Position numbers and translations under genes: made by a program
Notes under the pieces: model-generated
Databases searched by the model: none
Told to the model about the DNA's origin: nothing
What the model saw: only the letters and a program-made list of their open reading frames with translations
Source: a virus
IMG/VR virus record: IMGVR_UViG_3300029288_006769
Span: 360,145 to 424,144 of that record
Strand: one strand, 5' to 3'
Length of the DNA: 64,000 nucleotides
Shown: positions 21,051 to 30,340 of the stretch, one piece after another
Layout of the letters: each line of letters opens with the position of its first letter
Position numbering within the stretch: the stretch's first letter is position 1

Positions 21051-21565
21051 TCTTTAGCCTCAGGTTCTGCTTTTTGTTTTTCTTGAACTTCTTTTTTTTC
21101 TTGCTGAGCATTGAATGTGTTGTAAAGACGTCTGTCGACACTCAATAAACGTTTAAAAGCTGGAACTCCATTTACAACACCAAAATTCAAAATTTCTTTT
21201 AACAACCGAACAGCAGGATATCTGTCAACCATAGAACTATATCGCATCATAATTCTTCTAAGTTCCATAAGAAATTGTGCAACATCACCTACTGTTCTTT
21301 TTTCGGCACCTTTTTCTAAAGACATTAAAATTGTATTTCTTGGTTTTCTAATTCTGGGATTGTCGATCAAAGGTGTAATTTTTGAAAGAATTTCATCATT
21401 ACCTTTACTTGCAAGAAATTTTCTTAAAAAAGTAGAATAAACCTGAAATTCTTTTGAAATTTTCTTTTCCGCTGCAAGATCAGTTTCAGGTTTTTTTGTT
21501 TCAGCTTCAAGTTCTAAAGCAGCAGTTTTTATTACATTTGCATAATTTAATAATTGGTTTTGCAT
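21047..21565 (-). CDS. Hypothetical protein
   Basis: 172 aa ORF with AGGAGG SD. Confidence 0.6.
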   Translation of the reverse strand: MQNQLLNYANVIKTAALELEAETKKPETDLAAEKKISKEFQVYSTFLRKFLASKGNDEILSKITPLIDNPRIRKPRNTILMSLEKGAEKRTVGDVAQFLMELRRIMMRYSSMVDRYPAVRLLKEILNFGVVNGVPAFKRLLSVDRRLYNTFNAQQEKKEVQEKQKAEPEAKE

Positions 21566-21819
21566 GTATCCTCCTTAATTTTTTCAAATTCAGATAAAAT
21601 TCTGTGTTGAATGTTTTTTCTAAAATCTGTATTGAGTGGATGTACAAGATCTTTAAATTTATCACCCACTCTTTTTGATGGCATTGCTATAAAAATACCT
21701 TTTTTCCCATCAAGAATTTTTATTCCATGTACCACAAGTATGTCATCTAAAGTGATGCTCACATAAGCTCTTACTTTTTTATCATCGGAAATAGTGACAC
21801 GTACTTCTGTTATTTCCAT
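21547..21819 (-). CDS. spoVG: SpoVG family nucleic-acid-binding protein
   Basis: MEITEVRV...AYVSITLDD...VHGIKI..G..G.FIAMPS...FKD.VHP. Confidence 0.92.
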   Translation of the reverse strand: MEITEVRVTISDDKKVRAYVSITLDDILVVHGIKILDGKKGIFIAMPSKRVGDKFKDLVHPLNTDFRKNIQHRILSEFEKIKEDTCKTNY

Positions 21820-21882
21820 GACACGTATGGCGAGATAAATACTTTAGAAAACTGTTTTGATCTTGCGCTTGCTAGAGCAAGA

Positions 21883-22416
21883 TCAAATACTAAAACCAGT
21901 AATAAGTACTTCACCTGTCTTTTTATTAATACGATATTCCCGACGATAAACAGGAAGGTTGAGTTGTTGTTCACCTAAAGGAGTAAGAAAGATGACTTCT
22001 TGATTTGAAGAGCCTTTCCACTGCGACTCACATTTTTTTTCTGAATCAAAGGGCCCCGAGCAAAGCATATCTATGGTGGTTAAAATTTTACTAAATTTTT
22101 CTTTGATTTTTGGAAAAGTATAACCTGAGCACAAAAAAATGCTTTTTTTTCCGAAAATCATTTCTGACAATGCAAATATCGAATCATATTGGTCTAAAGG
22201 TTCTCCACCCGTAATAGTCAAACCTAAGGACGAAGATTTTAAAATAGAAGATGCAAGTTCTTCTATTTCTATAGAAGTTCCTGCATTGAAATCCCATGTA
22301 TCTGTGTTGATACAATCTTTGCAATGGATACTGCAACCTTGGACCCAAATTGTGAAGCGATCTCCCGGCCCTTGTACATGACTTTTTTCAATAATGTGAT
22401 TTAATTTTAAATTCAT
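21883..22416 (-). CDS. Radical SAM protein, NrdG-like activase family
   Basis: GPGDR..IWVQGCSIHCKDCIN, GLTITGGEP, GSSNQ. Confidence 0.85.
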   Translation of the reverse strand: MNLKLNHIIEKSHVQGPGDRFTIWVQGCSIHCKDCINTDTWDFNAGTSIEIEELASSILKSSSLGLTITGGEPLDQYDSIFALSEMIFGKKSIFLCSGYTFPKIKEKFSKILTTIDMLCSGPFDSEKKCESQWKGSSNQEVIFLTPLGEQQLNLPVYRREYRINKKTGEVLITGFSI

Positions 22417-22713
22417 CTAATCTAGAAAACCATCAACTAATTTTAAAATTTCTTCAATGAGTTCTTTTTTCTTCATTATTTTTCTAAAATCTTTGCCCGC
22501 CTTATGTGAACCAGGCACGACAGATTTTATTAGTTCATAATCATTTTTCTTCTTTTTCCAGACATCTAAAGTTACATTGCTTCCACTTATAGTAAAGCAA
22601 GGCTCTTCATCATGTTCTGATTTTGATTGCACAATTTGTTCTGCAATAAAACTTTCAAATCCTTGTGTTTTATTTAAAACCTCATCGGCAATTGTTTTTA
22701 CAGACTTTTTCAT
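22417..22713 (-). CDS. Hypothetical protein
   Basis: 98 aa ORF in operon. Confidence 0.55.
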   Translation of the reverse strand: MKKSVKTIADEVLNKTQGFESFIAEQIVQSKSEHDEEPCFTISGSNVTLDVWKKKKNDYELIKSVVPGSHKAGKDFRKIMKKKELIEEILKLVDGFLD

Positions 22714-23096
22714 ATCACCATTTTTTCAAGAATCCTGATGGGAACTTCAGCCATAATTGAAACCACTGTTGTATCAATATGCGCCTCGACATTTTCAACA
22801 GACTGATTTGGATAAATCCTGTCAAACCAAACTTTAGCTTTATCTTCAGTTCTATCGGGTATTATCTCTTTGACAATACCATTAGAATTTTCAGCAAAAG
22901 CACTAAAAGGTTCCGTGAGTCTAACTCTGTCTCCAATTACAATTTCTATATCATAAACATAACTTGTTGACTCAATATTTAAACGCACAGGCTGATCTAG
23001 AACTGTAAATTCTATTGTTCCTCTGCTACTATCTTCAATAACTAGTTTTGCAGAACTTACAGTTATAGAGATAGGATCAGTTAGAATGACATCCAT
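22710..23096 (-). CDS. Hypothetical protein
   Basis: 128 aa ORF in operon. Confidence 0.55.
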   Translation of the reverse strand: MDVILTDPISITVSSAKLVIEDSSRGTIEFTVLDQPVRLNIESTSYVYDIEIVIGDRVRLTEPFSAFAENSNGIVKEIIPDRTEDKAKVWFDRIYPNQSVENVEAHIDTTVVSIMAEVPIRILEKMVI

Positions 23097-23411
23097 TATC
23101 TCAAACTACCAGGACGTCTTTCGCCATCAGCAATATTCAAATTCTTGTTGTCTCTCAATCCACCAAGAATACCCATATTATAAGTGAACACAAGATTTGT
23201 AGTTTCTACAATTTTATAAATACTATGGGGAACTTGTGACAAAGGACCTGTTTTAGCACCAGTTACTGGATTGAGATCGTTGATTTCGAAAAGTTCTTTA
23301 GGCGATGCAACACCGGCATCATATGTAACTTTTTGACGAATACCCATTTTATCCTCCTTAAAGGTTTTGGCAAAAACTTTTAAAGAAGACACAGATAAAA
23401 ACTATAGAAAA

Positions 23412-24101
23412 TCAAATACTTTTGCTAACTGTGCTCAACAAATTTCTTACATTTCCTATTTTTAATTCTTCAAGAAATTGTCGCTCTTTTATAATACGTT
23501 TTTCTGATTTTAACCAGATTCTTTCTAAAATTATTCCTTTAGAATATTTTAAAAAAGAAGCCATTCCTACACTATGAGTGTCCTTTTCTAAAAAGTAACA
23601 CCACAACTTAGTTTCGCCTGTCATAGATTCATAAAATAAATCTTTTCTTGAAAGCGTATAAGTTGTACCCTCAAAAACAAACGATTTTAATCCTACACAA
23701 TTCATTTTGTATTCGACATCCGAATATACATCCTTTGCTCTTGAAACAAAAAAATCATAAGTATCTTTATTAAAAAGCAGAGAATGTGATAAATTTATAA
23801 GACGTATTTGTTCCATTCTATCAGAACAAATTTTGCAATCACGTAAATGCTCGAGCAACATTGTTCGTTGTTCTTCTGGTACATAAGACAAATTCTTTTC
23901 TTTAGACTCGTTATCCGAATCTTCTACGAGCATCTCTAAAAAAGGATTTGTTATATGACCAAACTCAAAAAGATAAGAAACTATTTTTTGTTCTGTCTTG
24001 CAACGAGGACAGATTACGACAAATTCTTCTTTTATATTGTTCCAAGTGTTTCTATCGACATCATTAATAGAAAGTAAAGTTTTACAAGTATTACATCTCA
24101 T
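23412..24101 (-). CDS. Hypothetical zinc-binding protein
   Basis: CxxC...CxxC N-terminus and HLxxCxxC (zf-HC2-like) motif. Confidence 0.55.
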   Translation of the reverse strand: MRCNTCKTLLSINDVDRNTWNNIKEEFVVICPRCKTEQKIVSYLFEFGHITNPFLEMLVEDSDNESKEKNLSYVPEEQRTMLLEHLRDCKICSDRMEQIRLINLSHSLLFNKDTYDFFVSRAKDVYSDVEYKMNCVGLKSFVFEGTTYTLSRKDLFYESMTGETKLWCYFLEKDTHSVGMASFLKYSKGIILERIWLKSEKRIIKERQFLEELKIGNVRNLLSTVSKSI

Positions 24102-24736
24102 TATTTCACCATATATTTTTTTTGAAATTCAATCTTAAATTGTCTTGCTTCTTCTTGAGAACCGATTTTAGAATCGACAAGTTTTACAGGTCTTCTTTCT
24201 TTTGATTTTGTATAAGGCGAACCGCTACCACCATTATGGTATTTTATTGCATTTTCTAAATTTATTGTTACACCACAATAAAATGTCAGATCCTTGCATT
24301 GTAGGACATAAGCAGTATATTGTGGTTCTTGTTGCTCGATTTGAATAGGAGTTTCAAAATTAGATTGTTGTTTAGATTGCTCAGGTTGTTTTTTTATTTC
24401 AATAACTTCTTCACTTATTTTTGGCAATTCAGCTTTTTCAGTCTTTAATTCAACTGGCTCGACTACAGGCTCTACAATAGGAAAATCAAATTTTGAAATA
24501 TCACATTTTATTGAAAGAAGCGAAACGCATTTTCTACAAACCAAAATACTTGGTGTGACCTTTAAAATCTTAAAACCCACATCATGCTGTTTATACGGTT
24601 CAGGACATCCTCTTGAACAATATAAATATTTTTTAAGTCTTCCTGAATCATCTGTGTAAAAAAATTCTTTCATAATTTGATTAATGTCGAAACCGACTCC
24701 CAAGCTTTTTGTTTTAAAAGCAAACCATTTCCCCAA
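24101..24736 (-). CDS. Protein with C-terminal GIY-YIG nuclease-like domain
   Basis: AYVLQCKDLTFYCGVT.NLE....HN.G.GS.YT..RRPVKLV. Confidence 0.75.
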   Translation of the reverse strand: MGKWFAFKTKSLGVGFDINQIMKEFFYTDDSGRLKKYLYCSRGCPEPYKQHDVGFKILKVTPSILVCRKCVSLLSIKCDISKFDFPIVEPVVEPVELKTEKAELPKISEEVIEIKKQPEQSKQQSNFETPIQIEQQEPQYTAYVLQCKDLTFYCGVTINLENAIKYHNGGSGSPYTKSKERRPVKLVDSKIGSQEEARQFKIEFQKKYMVK

Positions 24737-25593
24737 AATAGGGATTCTAAATGATTTGAAATTTTTTCTGAATGACTTGAACCTTTTGACAATCTTTCAT
24801 AATCGATGTAATTTACGACAGAACAAAACCATGACCAAGCAGAAGTAGAGTTAGAAAATTTTTTGCTTTCAAAATTGTGTTGTTGTCTGATTTTTTCTAA
24901 ATTGTTTTTTGTTCTCGTTGATTCAAGGCTATACGTCGAAAAAACGCTTTCAATAAACATTTCAATTTTTTTTGTATCGAAAACAGATTTATATAATTTT
25001 AAAATCGACTCCTCAAATTTTTGATAAAATCTGTCAGCTAAATCGAATATTTTTTTTGAATCGTCTATTCGTTGATAGACTTTGCCTACATGACGTAATG
25101 CTATTCCTTGTTCAACTCTTTTCCCAAAAGAAATATTCAATAAAGTTTGAGTAGATTTTCTTATAGGCAAAAAATAAGCTCGAATCGCTCCTCTACCATC
25201 ATGAGCATTTGAAAAAAGAATAAATTTCTCTATTACATCTTTTGATGGTAATGTTATTTCATCATTTAATTTTATAAGCAACCAAATTTTTTCACCTTTT
25301 CCTATAAAACCAGCTGCATGAAATGAAGCAGAACCATTCTGTATTGATTTATCTAAAAAAGAAAAAACATTTATATTCTGAATGCTCTTATAAGACGAAT
25401 TGACAATTCCTAGAACATCATTCGTATCTGTTCGTACAATTGCAACTTTTCCATCAATTTTCTGTCCATCAACAACTTGAATTCTTTTTGATTCTACTGT
25501 CCAATTCAACTTTGCTTTTTGCATTGCATTAGCTGATGTTTTTGTTGTCTTGGGCAGTGTAATCCCAAACTCTCCCCAAATTTTTCTAGACAT
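24670..25593 (-). CDS. DUF932 family phage/plasmid protein
   Basis: LNWTVE, VRTDT..VLG.V...Y..IQN, SNAHDG, LRH motifs. Confidence 0.8.
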   Translation of the reverse strand: MSRKIWGEFGITLPKTTKTSANAMQKAKLNWTVESKRIQVVDGQKIDGKVAIVRTDTNDVLGIVNSSYKSIQNINVFSFLDKSIQNGSASFHAAGFIGKGEKIWLLIKLNDEITLPSKDVIEKFILFSNAHDGRGAIRAYFLPIRKSTQTLLNISFGKRVEQGIALRHVGKVYQRIDDSKKIFDLADRFYQKFEESILKLYKSVFDTKKIEMFIESVFSTYSLESTRTKNNLEKIRQQHNFESKKFSNSTSAWSWFCSVVNYIDYERLSKGSSHSEKISNHLESLFWGNGLLLKQKAWESVSTLIKL

Positions 25594-25653
25594 AAAAACT
25601 CCATCTTATCTAAATTTGCTTAATAATATTATAAAGAAATCCAAACAAGTGTT

Positions 25654-25794
25654 TCATTGTTCAAAATTAATTTCATCATCAGCAAATAATTCTTCTTCAT
25701 CCAAAATGCTATCTGTTCCCTCGAATTCGTCATCATTGTCATTGATGTCATCATCGTTAAATAGAATTTTATAAATATCATCGTCTTCTGTCAT
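25654..25794 (-). CDS. Very acidic 46 aa protein (not in ORF track)
   Basis: MTEDDDIYKILFNDDDINDNDDEFEGTDSILDEEELFADDEINFEQ with GAGG SD. Confidence 0.6.
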   Translation of the reverse strand: MTEDDDIYKILFNDDDINDNDDEFEGTDSILDEEELFADDEINFEQ

Positions 25795-26426
25795 ATTTTC
25801 CTCTTTCTAAAAACTGTGTTTTATTTTCACAAGATATAACGTTTAGAAAATTTTCCCTTTTTAGCTTTTAAATTGTAGGATTTAACAAAGGAGGATCAAG
25901 ATGAAAAAAGATTTAATTTATGTTACGACCTGCGAAAACTGTATTCATTCAGATTTCTGTTGTATATTAAATTCTTACACTTGCAATAATTTTATTCCCA
26001 CCATTGATTCTAATTATAGATATGTACTAGATCCAAATTTATTTGAAATAGAAAAACAAAATTTTGCATTGTATTTATTATGATCGAAAATTAGAAAATT
26101 AAATTAAATCTAATTGAAGATTATATGACACATATTAAAGATATTAATGCTCTACGCACATCTTGTTCCTACACTGGAGCTTTTTTAGACCCTTTCAGTG
26201 AACAAAAACTTATCCCATTAAAAAAGAAACTTGTCAAAAAAGCAATAAAACAATACAAAAATGTAACGGCTTGTAGCCCATTCTGTTTTCAGCTTCATGA
26301 ACAAAAACTTCTCTTCTGGTTCAACCATAACGAAACTACTAAAACTTTATCCCATACAATCAAAGCTTCTATAGTTTCATCTATAACTTTTTAGTTCTTT
26401 CCAATTCAAATAATTAAAAATGCTTT

Positions 26427-27272
26427 ATGAACTACAAATGCAAAGTCTGCTCTTGGACAGGCACAAGAGGTGATTTAGTACTAGACAAAATTAACTCAAA
26501 CTCAAATTATGACAATCATAATCATTTGAGACATCCCGACACCTTCAGCACTGATTTCAGCTATATACTCAATGTTCAAAATTGGTGCTACTGTCCAAAT
26601 TGTTTCAACATGTTTCCAATACCCAGATCTGAAACAGTCCTTTCGCTTGTACATCGTGGCTCAGTAATCTCTATTGTCACTAATAATCCATTCCATAGAG
26701 GCCCAACATTCTTACATCTCGGAAGAATTCTTGATTTTGTTGTAGGAGAAAGAAATATATCATTTCTCGGATATAAAGCCCTTGAACATTTTCCTTTCAA
26801 TCTTAATATGATTCTCAGCACTACTCCAGAATTAGAATTTGAATCAAAAATCGTCTTGAAGATTGTCCACTATTTTCATAAACAACATTTTAATTGTGAA
26901 GCACGAGACTATGACGATTATAAGCTTTTTGGGAGATGGGGTATTATTATGAAAAATACTTATCCACTAAGAAGTTGTTCACTTTGTGCTAGAATTCATG
27001 ATTATGAGACAAAAAAATCAAATGGTTGGCCACTGTCAGTCAAAGCAATTGATAGAATAAAAATGGATACTTTTAAAAGTCTTGCAAATGTGCCATTAAA
27101 CACAAACAATAAATTCAATAAAATCTTTAATCCGCAAAATATTGTAGAAAAACCACAAATCTGTTGTTGCAACGAAATAAGCAAGAAACCAAATGAATTT
27201 TGCTCTATTCATAATACTGCTGACATTGTTGGTACTGCATCACCAAGCAATTTAGCAAGTCTAAATTTCTAA
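26427..27272 (+). CDS. Hypothetical Cys-rich protein
   Basis: 281 aa ORF with several CxxC motifs. Confidence 0.55.
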   Translation: MNYKCKVCSWTGTRGDLVLDKINSNSNYDNHNHLRHPDTFSTDFSYILNVQNWCYCPNCFNMFPIPRSETVLSLVHRGSVISIVTNNPFHRGPTFLHLGRILDFVVGERNISFLGYKALEHFPFNLNMILSTTPELEFESKIVLKIVHYFHKQHFNCEARDYDDYKLFGRWGIIMKNTYPLRSCSLCARIHDYETKKSNGWPLSVKAIDRIKMDTFKSLANVPLNTNNKFNKIFNPQNIVEKPQICCCNEISKKPNEFCSIHNTADIVGTASPSNLASLNF

Positions 27273-28144
27273 ATCTTATAAAGACCTTTAGACTTAATAT
27301 ATTCGATAACGTCTTTATCCAAATAAGATGCAACAGTTTCAAAATTTCCAACACCACAACATTCTCTTAATCTTGTCGAATTAACCTCCACCGGCGGAAC
27401 ATCAGGATCTATATATCTATGTGGCTGTTTTAAACACCATTCAGCACCTTCGAAAACATAACCTTGTCTATTAATCACAACAAATGGTACAATCTTCAAA
27501 AGATCTTCATAATTAGACCACTGTGTTATTGTATTTGCATTATCAAGCCCAATCATTAAACTAAAAGAGAAAAAATCCTTATAAACAGGGTCATTCATTA
27601 ACAACTTCATAAAATGATATGTCTCACCCTGAAATTCATGTGTTATTTCATAATCAAAAACTCTTATTCGAGCATCAACCCTTGCTGCTATACGACACAT
27701 CTCTAAACGATCTTCAGCGCTTGCAAGATCTTTACCATAAAGATGCTTATAACAAGGGGTCAACCACACTTCATCAAAATCGCTACTATGATTCAAAACT
27801 ATTTGAGCAGCTTCAATATGCCCATTATGAATCATATTGAATGCTCCGCCCTGAATCACTACACGACGTTTTCTACCCAAAGTCTTATATTGTTTCTGAC
27901 GCCGCTTTATTTTTGCCAATGTCCCCTGAATCACATCTTCAAGTTCCCAACCATTTTCATTACACGATTGAATCGCAGAACAAAGAAGATCGCCTGTCTC
28001 TTCTTTCATTCCACGTATATCGACTGTTCTCGATAACTCAATTGCTTCTCCAAGTATATCATTATGCCGCTCACGCAAAGAACTATGCCCGAACGACTCA
28101 ACAAAAAGCTCGTCTATCGTTTTTTGCAATTCTTTTGTATCCAT
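27269..28144 (-). CDS. nadD: MazG-like domain fused to nicotinate/nicotinamide mononucleotide adenylyltransferase
   Basis: GGAFNMIHNGH (HxGH), IGLDNA..I..W, VNSTRLR; N-terminal EAIEL...EETGDLL helical MazG-like segment. Confidence 0.85.
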   Translation of the reverse strand: MDTKELQKTIDELFVESFGHSSLRERHNDILGEAIELSRTVDIRGMKEETGDLLCSAIQSCNENGWELEDVIQGTLAKIKRRQKQYKTLGRKRRVVIQGGAFNMIHNGHIEAAQIVLNHSSDFDEVWLTPCYKHLYGKDLASAEDRLEMCRIAARVDARIRVFDYEITHEFQGETYHFMKLLMNDPVYKDFFSFSLMIGLDNANTITQWSNYEDLLKIVPFVVINRQGYVFEGAEWCLKQPHRYIDPDVPPVEVNSTRLRECCGVGNFETVASYLDKDVIEYIKSKGLYKI

Positions 28145-28267
28145 ACATTCCCTTTCTAAAATATCTTCAATATAATTACTTTTTATGCACCAGGGTTCTA
28201 TATACAAAAACAATTATAGCTAGCACAACTATATGTTGACTAGCTTTATTGTATGTGAGTTACTTGT

Positions 28268-28546
28268 TTATCTGCGGTAAGGAGGTCTGTTCCCTGCGGG
28301 TCTTCTTTCCTGTTCTCTGGCAGCTGATACTGACAACTGACGCCCTTCGATTGAAGATTGCGAACCTTCTGACAATGCTCTGTCTGCATTATCCAATTCG
28401 ACAAAACCAAAACCACGTGACCGCCCTGTATCGCGATCCATAATAACTTTTGCAGACATGACACTTCCATACTGTTCAAAATGTCTCTGCAGAGCAGCAT
28501 CATCCGTGCTAAACGGAAGATTCCCTACATAAATCTTCTGACTCAC
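28268..28546 (-). CDS. RRM RNA-binding protein
   Basis: RNP2 IYVGNL, RNP1 RGFGFVEL; GTG start with GGAGG SD. Confidence 0.92.
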   Translation of the reverse strand: MSQKIYVGNLPFSTDDAALQRHFEQYGSVMSAKVIMDRDTGRSRGFGFVELDNADRALSEGSQSSIEGRQLSVSAAREQERRPAGNRPPYRR

Positions 28547-28577
28547 AAGAACCTCCACTAACGTTAATAATGAAAAA

Positions 28578-28651
28578 TACCCCGTGCAGGACTCAAACCT
28601 GCGACCCTCTGCTTAGAAGGCAGATGCTCTATTCAACTGAGCTAACGGGGC
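28578..28651 (-). tRNA. tRNA-Arg(TCT)
   Basis: Cloverleaf GCCCCGT.../ACGGGGT; loop CT-TCT-AA; A19/U56 elbow. Confidence 0.92.
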
Positions 28652-28700
28652 AAAGTTTCATAAATTATATATCATACACATAATAAAAAGTAAATTAAAA

Positions 28701-28773
28701 AGCAGCAGACCGGGCTTGAACCGGCGACCTCTACCTTGGCAAGGTAATATTCTACCAACTGAACTACTGCTGC
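28701..28773 (-). tRNA. tRNA-Gly(GCC)
   Basis: Cloverleaf GCAGCAG/CTGCTGC; loop TT-GCC-AA. Confidence 0.93.
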
Positions 28774-28779
28774 ATATAA

Positions 28780-28856
28780 TGGTACCCTCGGCAAGACTTT
28801 AACTTGCGACTTTTCGGTTCGTAGCCGAATGCTCTATACGACTGAGCTACGAGGGC
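28780..28856 (-). tRNA. tRNA-Arg(ACG), encoded CCA
   Basis: Cloverleaf GCCCTCG/CGAGGGT; loop CT-ACG-AA; U19/A56 elbow. Confidence 0.88.
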
Positions 28857-29826
28857 ATAACTTTCTTTTAAAACAAGATTCTTTATAAAATTCTGGCATA
28901 TATTTTTTCATCCAAGATGCTACTTTTTGTTGTCTAATATTTAAAATTTTTGATGCCTGATCTACCCAACCAAATTTTAAAAAATCAATTTTGCTTATTT
29001 TAATAGCATTTATTTTTTCTTGAATTCTTTTTTCTTTGATTTGCAATCTTTTTTGTTTTTCTTCTAGAATTTTATCTTTAATAGTTTTAATGTCATTAAT
29101 GTTATAATATCTGTCTTGTCGATCGTCAATGTTTTTTATAAAAGTTAACAATTCTTGTTTTTCTTTATTAGAATTTTTACATACGTTCACCCAACAAACT
29201 CTATAAATCTTCCAACCAAGAGATCTTAAATAAGCGTCTCTTTTTGCATCATGCTCGATATTTTCTTTTGAACGATAATGTTGTTGACCGTCAATTTCTA
29301 TATCTAATTTCAAGTCAATAATTGCAAAATCAAGAAAATATTTCCCGACATTGAGTTTTTCTTTTATTAGATATCTCTTGTTTAAACTCTCTAATTCGAA
29401 AAAATTAACAAAATATTTTTCTGGATAACTTCTTCTATTTGGGTCAGAATTTTTAAAACTCCAACCTTGATGTTCACCTTTTTTACATATCTCGATTTGA
29501 GCACGACTTATTTTCTTTTTATGTTCATTAGAAAGTTTTATTTTCCTTTTTTTACAAGATTTAATGACATATTTAATAGATGTAATTTTGTAACCAAATT
29601 CTTTAATTTTAGGAATTGGGACACCATCTTCATATAATTTTTTGATCTGTTGAACAATAAATTCTGAAATTTGACATCTAGCCTCATGAATTTTCATACC
29701 TCGAAACGACTTACAACTTCTCCCGCATTTTTCGCATTTAAAAAAGTGGACGAAGGGACTTGAACCCTCAACAATCAGATTGGAAATCTGAGACTCTACC
29801 ATTGAGCTACGTCCACAAAAATTCAT
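28834..29826 (-). CDS. Putative homing endonuclease, zinc finger plus DUF559/Vsr-like PD-(D/E)XK domain
   Basis: CEKCG...H...C zinc finger; SYPE...YFLDFA....LDIEIDGQQH...RD..L...GWK; free-standing in the tRNA cluster. Confidence 0.75.
   Translation of the reverse strand: MNFCGRSSMVESQISNLIVEGSSPFVHFFKCEKCGRSCKSFRGMKIHEARCQISEFIVQQIKKLYEDGVPIPKIKEFGYKITSIKYVIKSCKKRKIKLSNEHKKKISRAQIEICKKGEHQGWSFKNSDPNRRSYPEKYFVNFFELESLNKRYLIKEKLNVGKYFLDFAIIDLKLDIEIDGQQHYRSKENIEHDAKRDAYLRSLGWKIYRVCWVNVCKNSNKEKQELLTFIKNIDDRQDRYYNINDIKTIKDKILEEKQKRLQIKEKRIQEKINAIKISKIDFLKFGWVDQASKILNIRQQKVASWMKKYMPEFYKESCFKRKLCPRSSVV
29745..29816 (-). tRNA. tRNA-Gly(TCC)
   Basis: Cloverleaf GTGGACG/CGTCCAC; loop TT-TCC-AA. Confidence 0.9.
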
Positions 29827-29898
29827 AGTCCGGGGCGGAGTCGAACCGCTGTCCTGAGATTGAGAATCTCAAATCCTAAACCACTAGACGACCGGACC
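29826..29898 (-). tRNA. tRNA-Glu(CTC)
   Basis: Cloverleaf GGTCCGG/CCGGACT; loop TT-CTC-AA. Confidence 0.92.
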
Positions 29899-29904
29899 AA
29901 AAAA

Positions 29905-29981
29905 TGGCTGGCGGGAAGGGACTTGAACCCCCAACCTTCGGGTTAACGGCCCGACGCTACCGCCTGTTGAGCTACCCGCCA
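29905..29981 (-). tRNA. tRNA-Asn(GTT), encoded CCA, C33
   Basis: TGGCGGG/CCCGCCA-GCCA; loop CC-GTT-AA. Confidence 0.88.
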
Positions 29982-30073
29982 ATAAAATTAAATGCTCTAC
30001 CTATCTCTGACTCTTTCCTTTTCAGACAGCCCTCAGGTTTAAAATCGTGTAGAGCAATTTCAAAGATCAAAAT

Positions 30074-30145
30074 CGGGACATAGGAGAATTGAACTCCTGT
30101 CTCCGGGTTGACAGCCCGGTGGCCTAACCACTAGACGAATGCCCC
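30074..30145 (-). tRNA. tRNA-Asp(GTC)
   Basis: GGGGCAT/ATGTCCC-G; loop CT-GTC-AA. Confidence 0.92.
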
Positions 30146-30154
30146 ATAAAATTT

Positions 30155-30228
30155 TGGACCGTGTCGGGATTGAACCGACCAAAAAGCTGCTTGCAGGGCA
30201 GCTCCGCCCCCATTGACTGTTACGGCCC
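30155..30228 (-). tRNA. tRNA-Ala(TGC)-like with atypical D arm and C33
   Basis: GGGCCGT/ACGGTCC-A with G3:U70; loop CC-TGC-AA; normal T arm. Confidence 0.7.
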
Positions 30229-30340
30229 TTAAAAAACTTTGAGCTATATGAGAGTCTTCTACTACCATTCCTGCCGGCTATATAGCTCAATAGCCTTGGG
30301 AAATGGTACCTGATTACTCAAGTTCTAAAAGTCTCTCTTT

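Noticed and set aside
30060-30290. 76 aa ORF
   Set aside because: Runs through tRNA-Ala and tRNA-Asp; no SD or protein motif.
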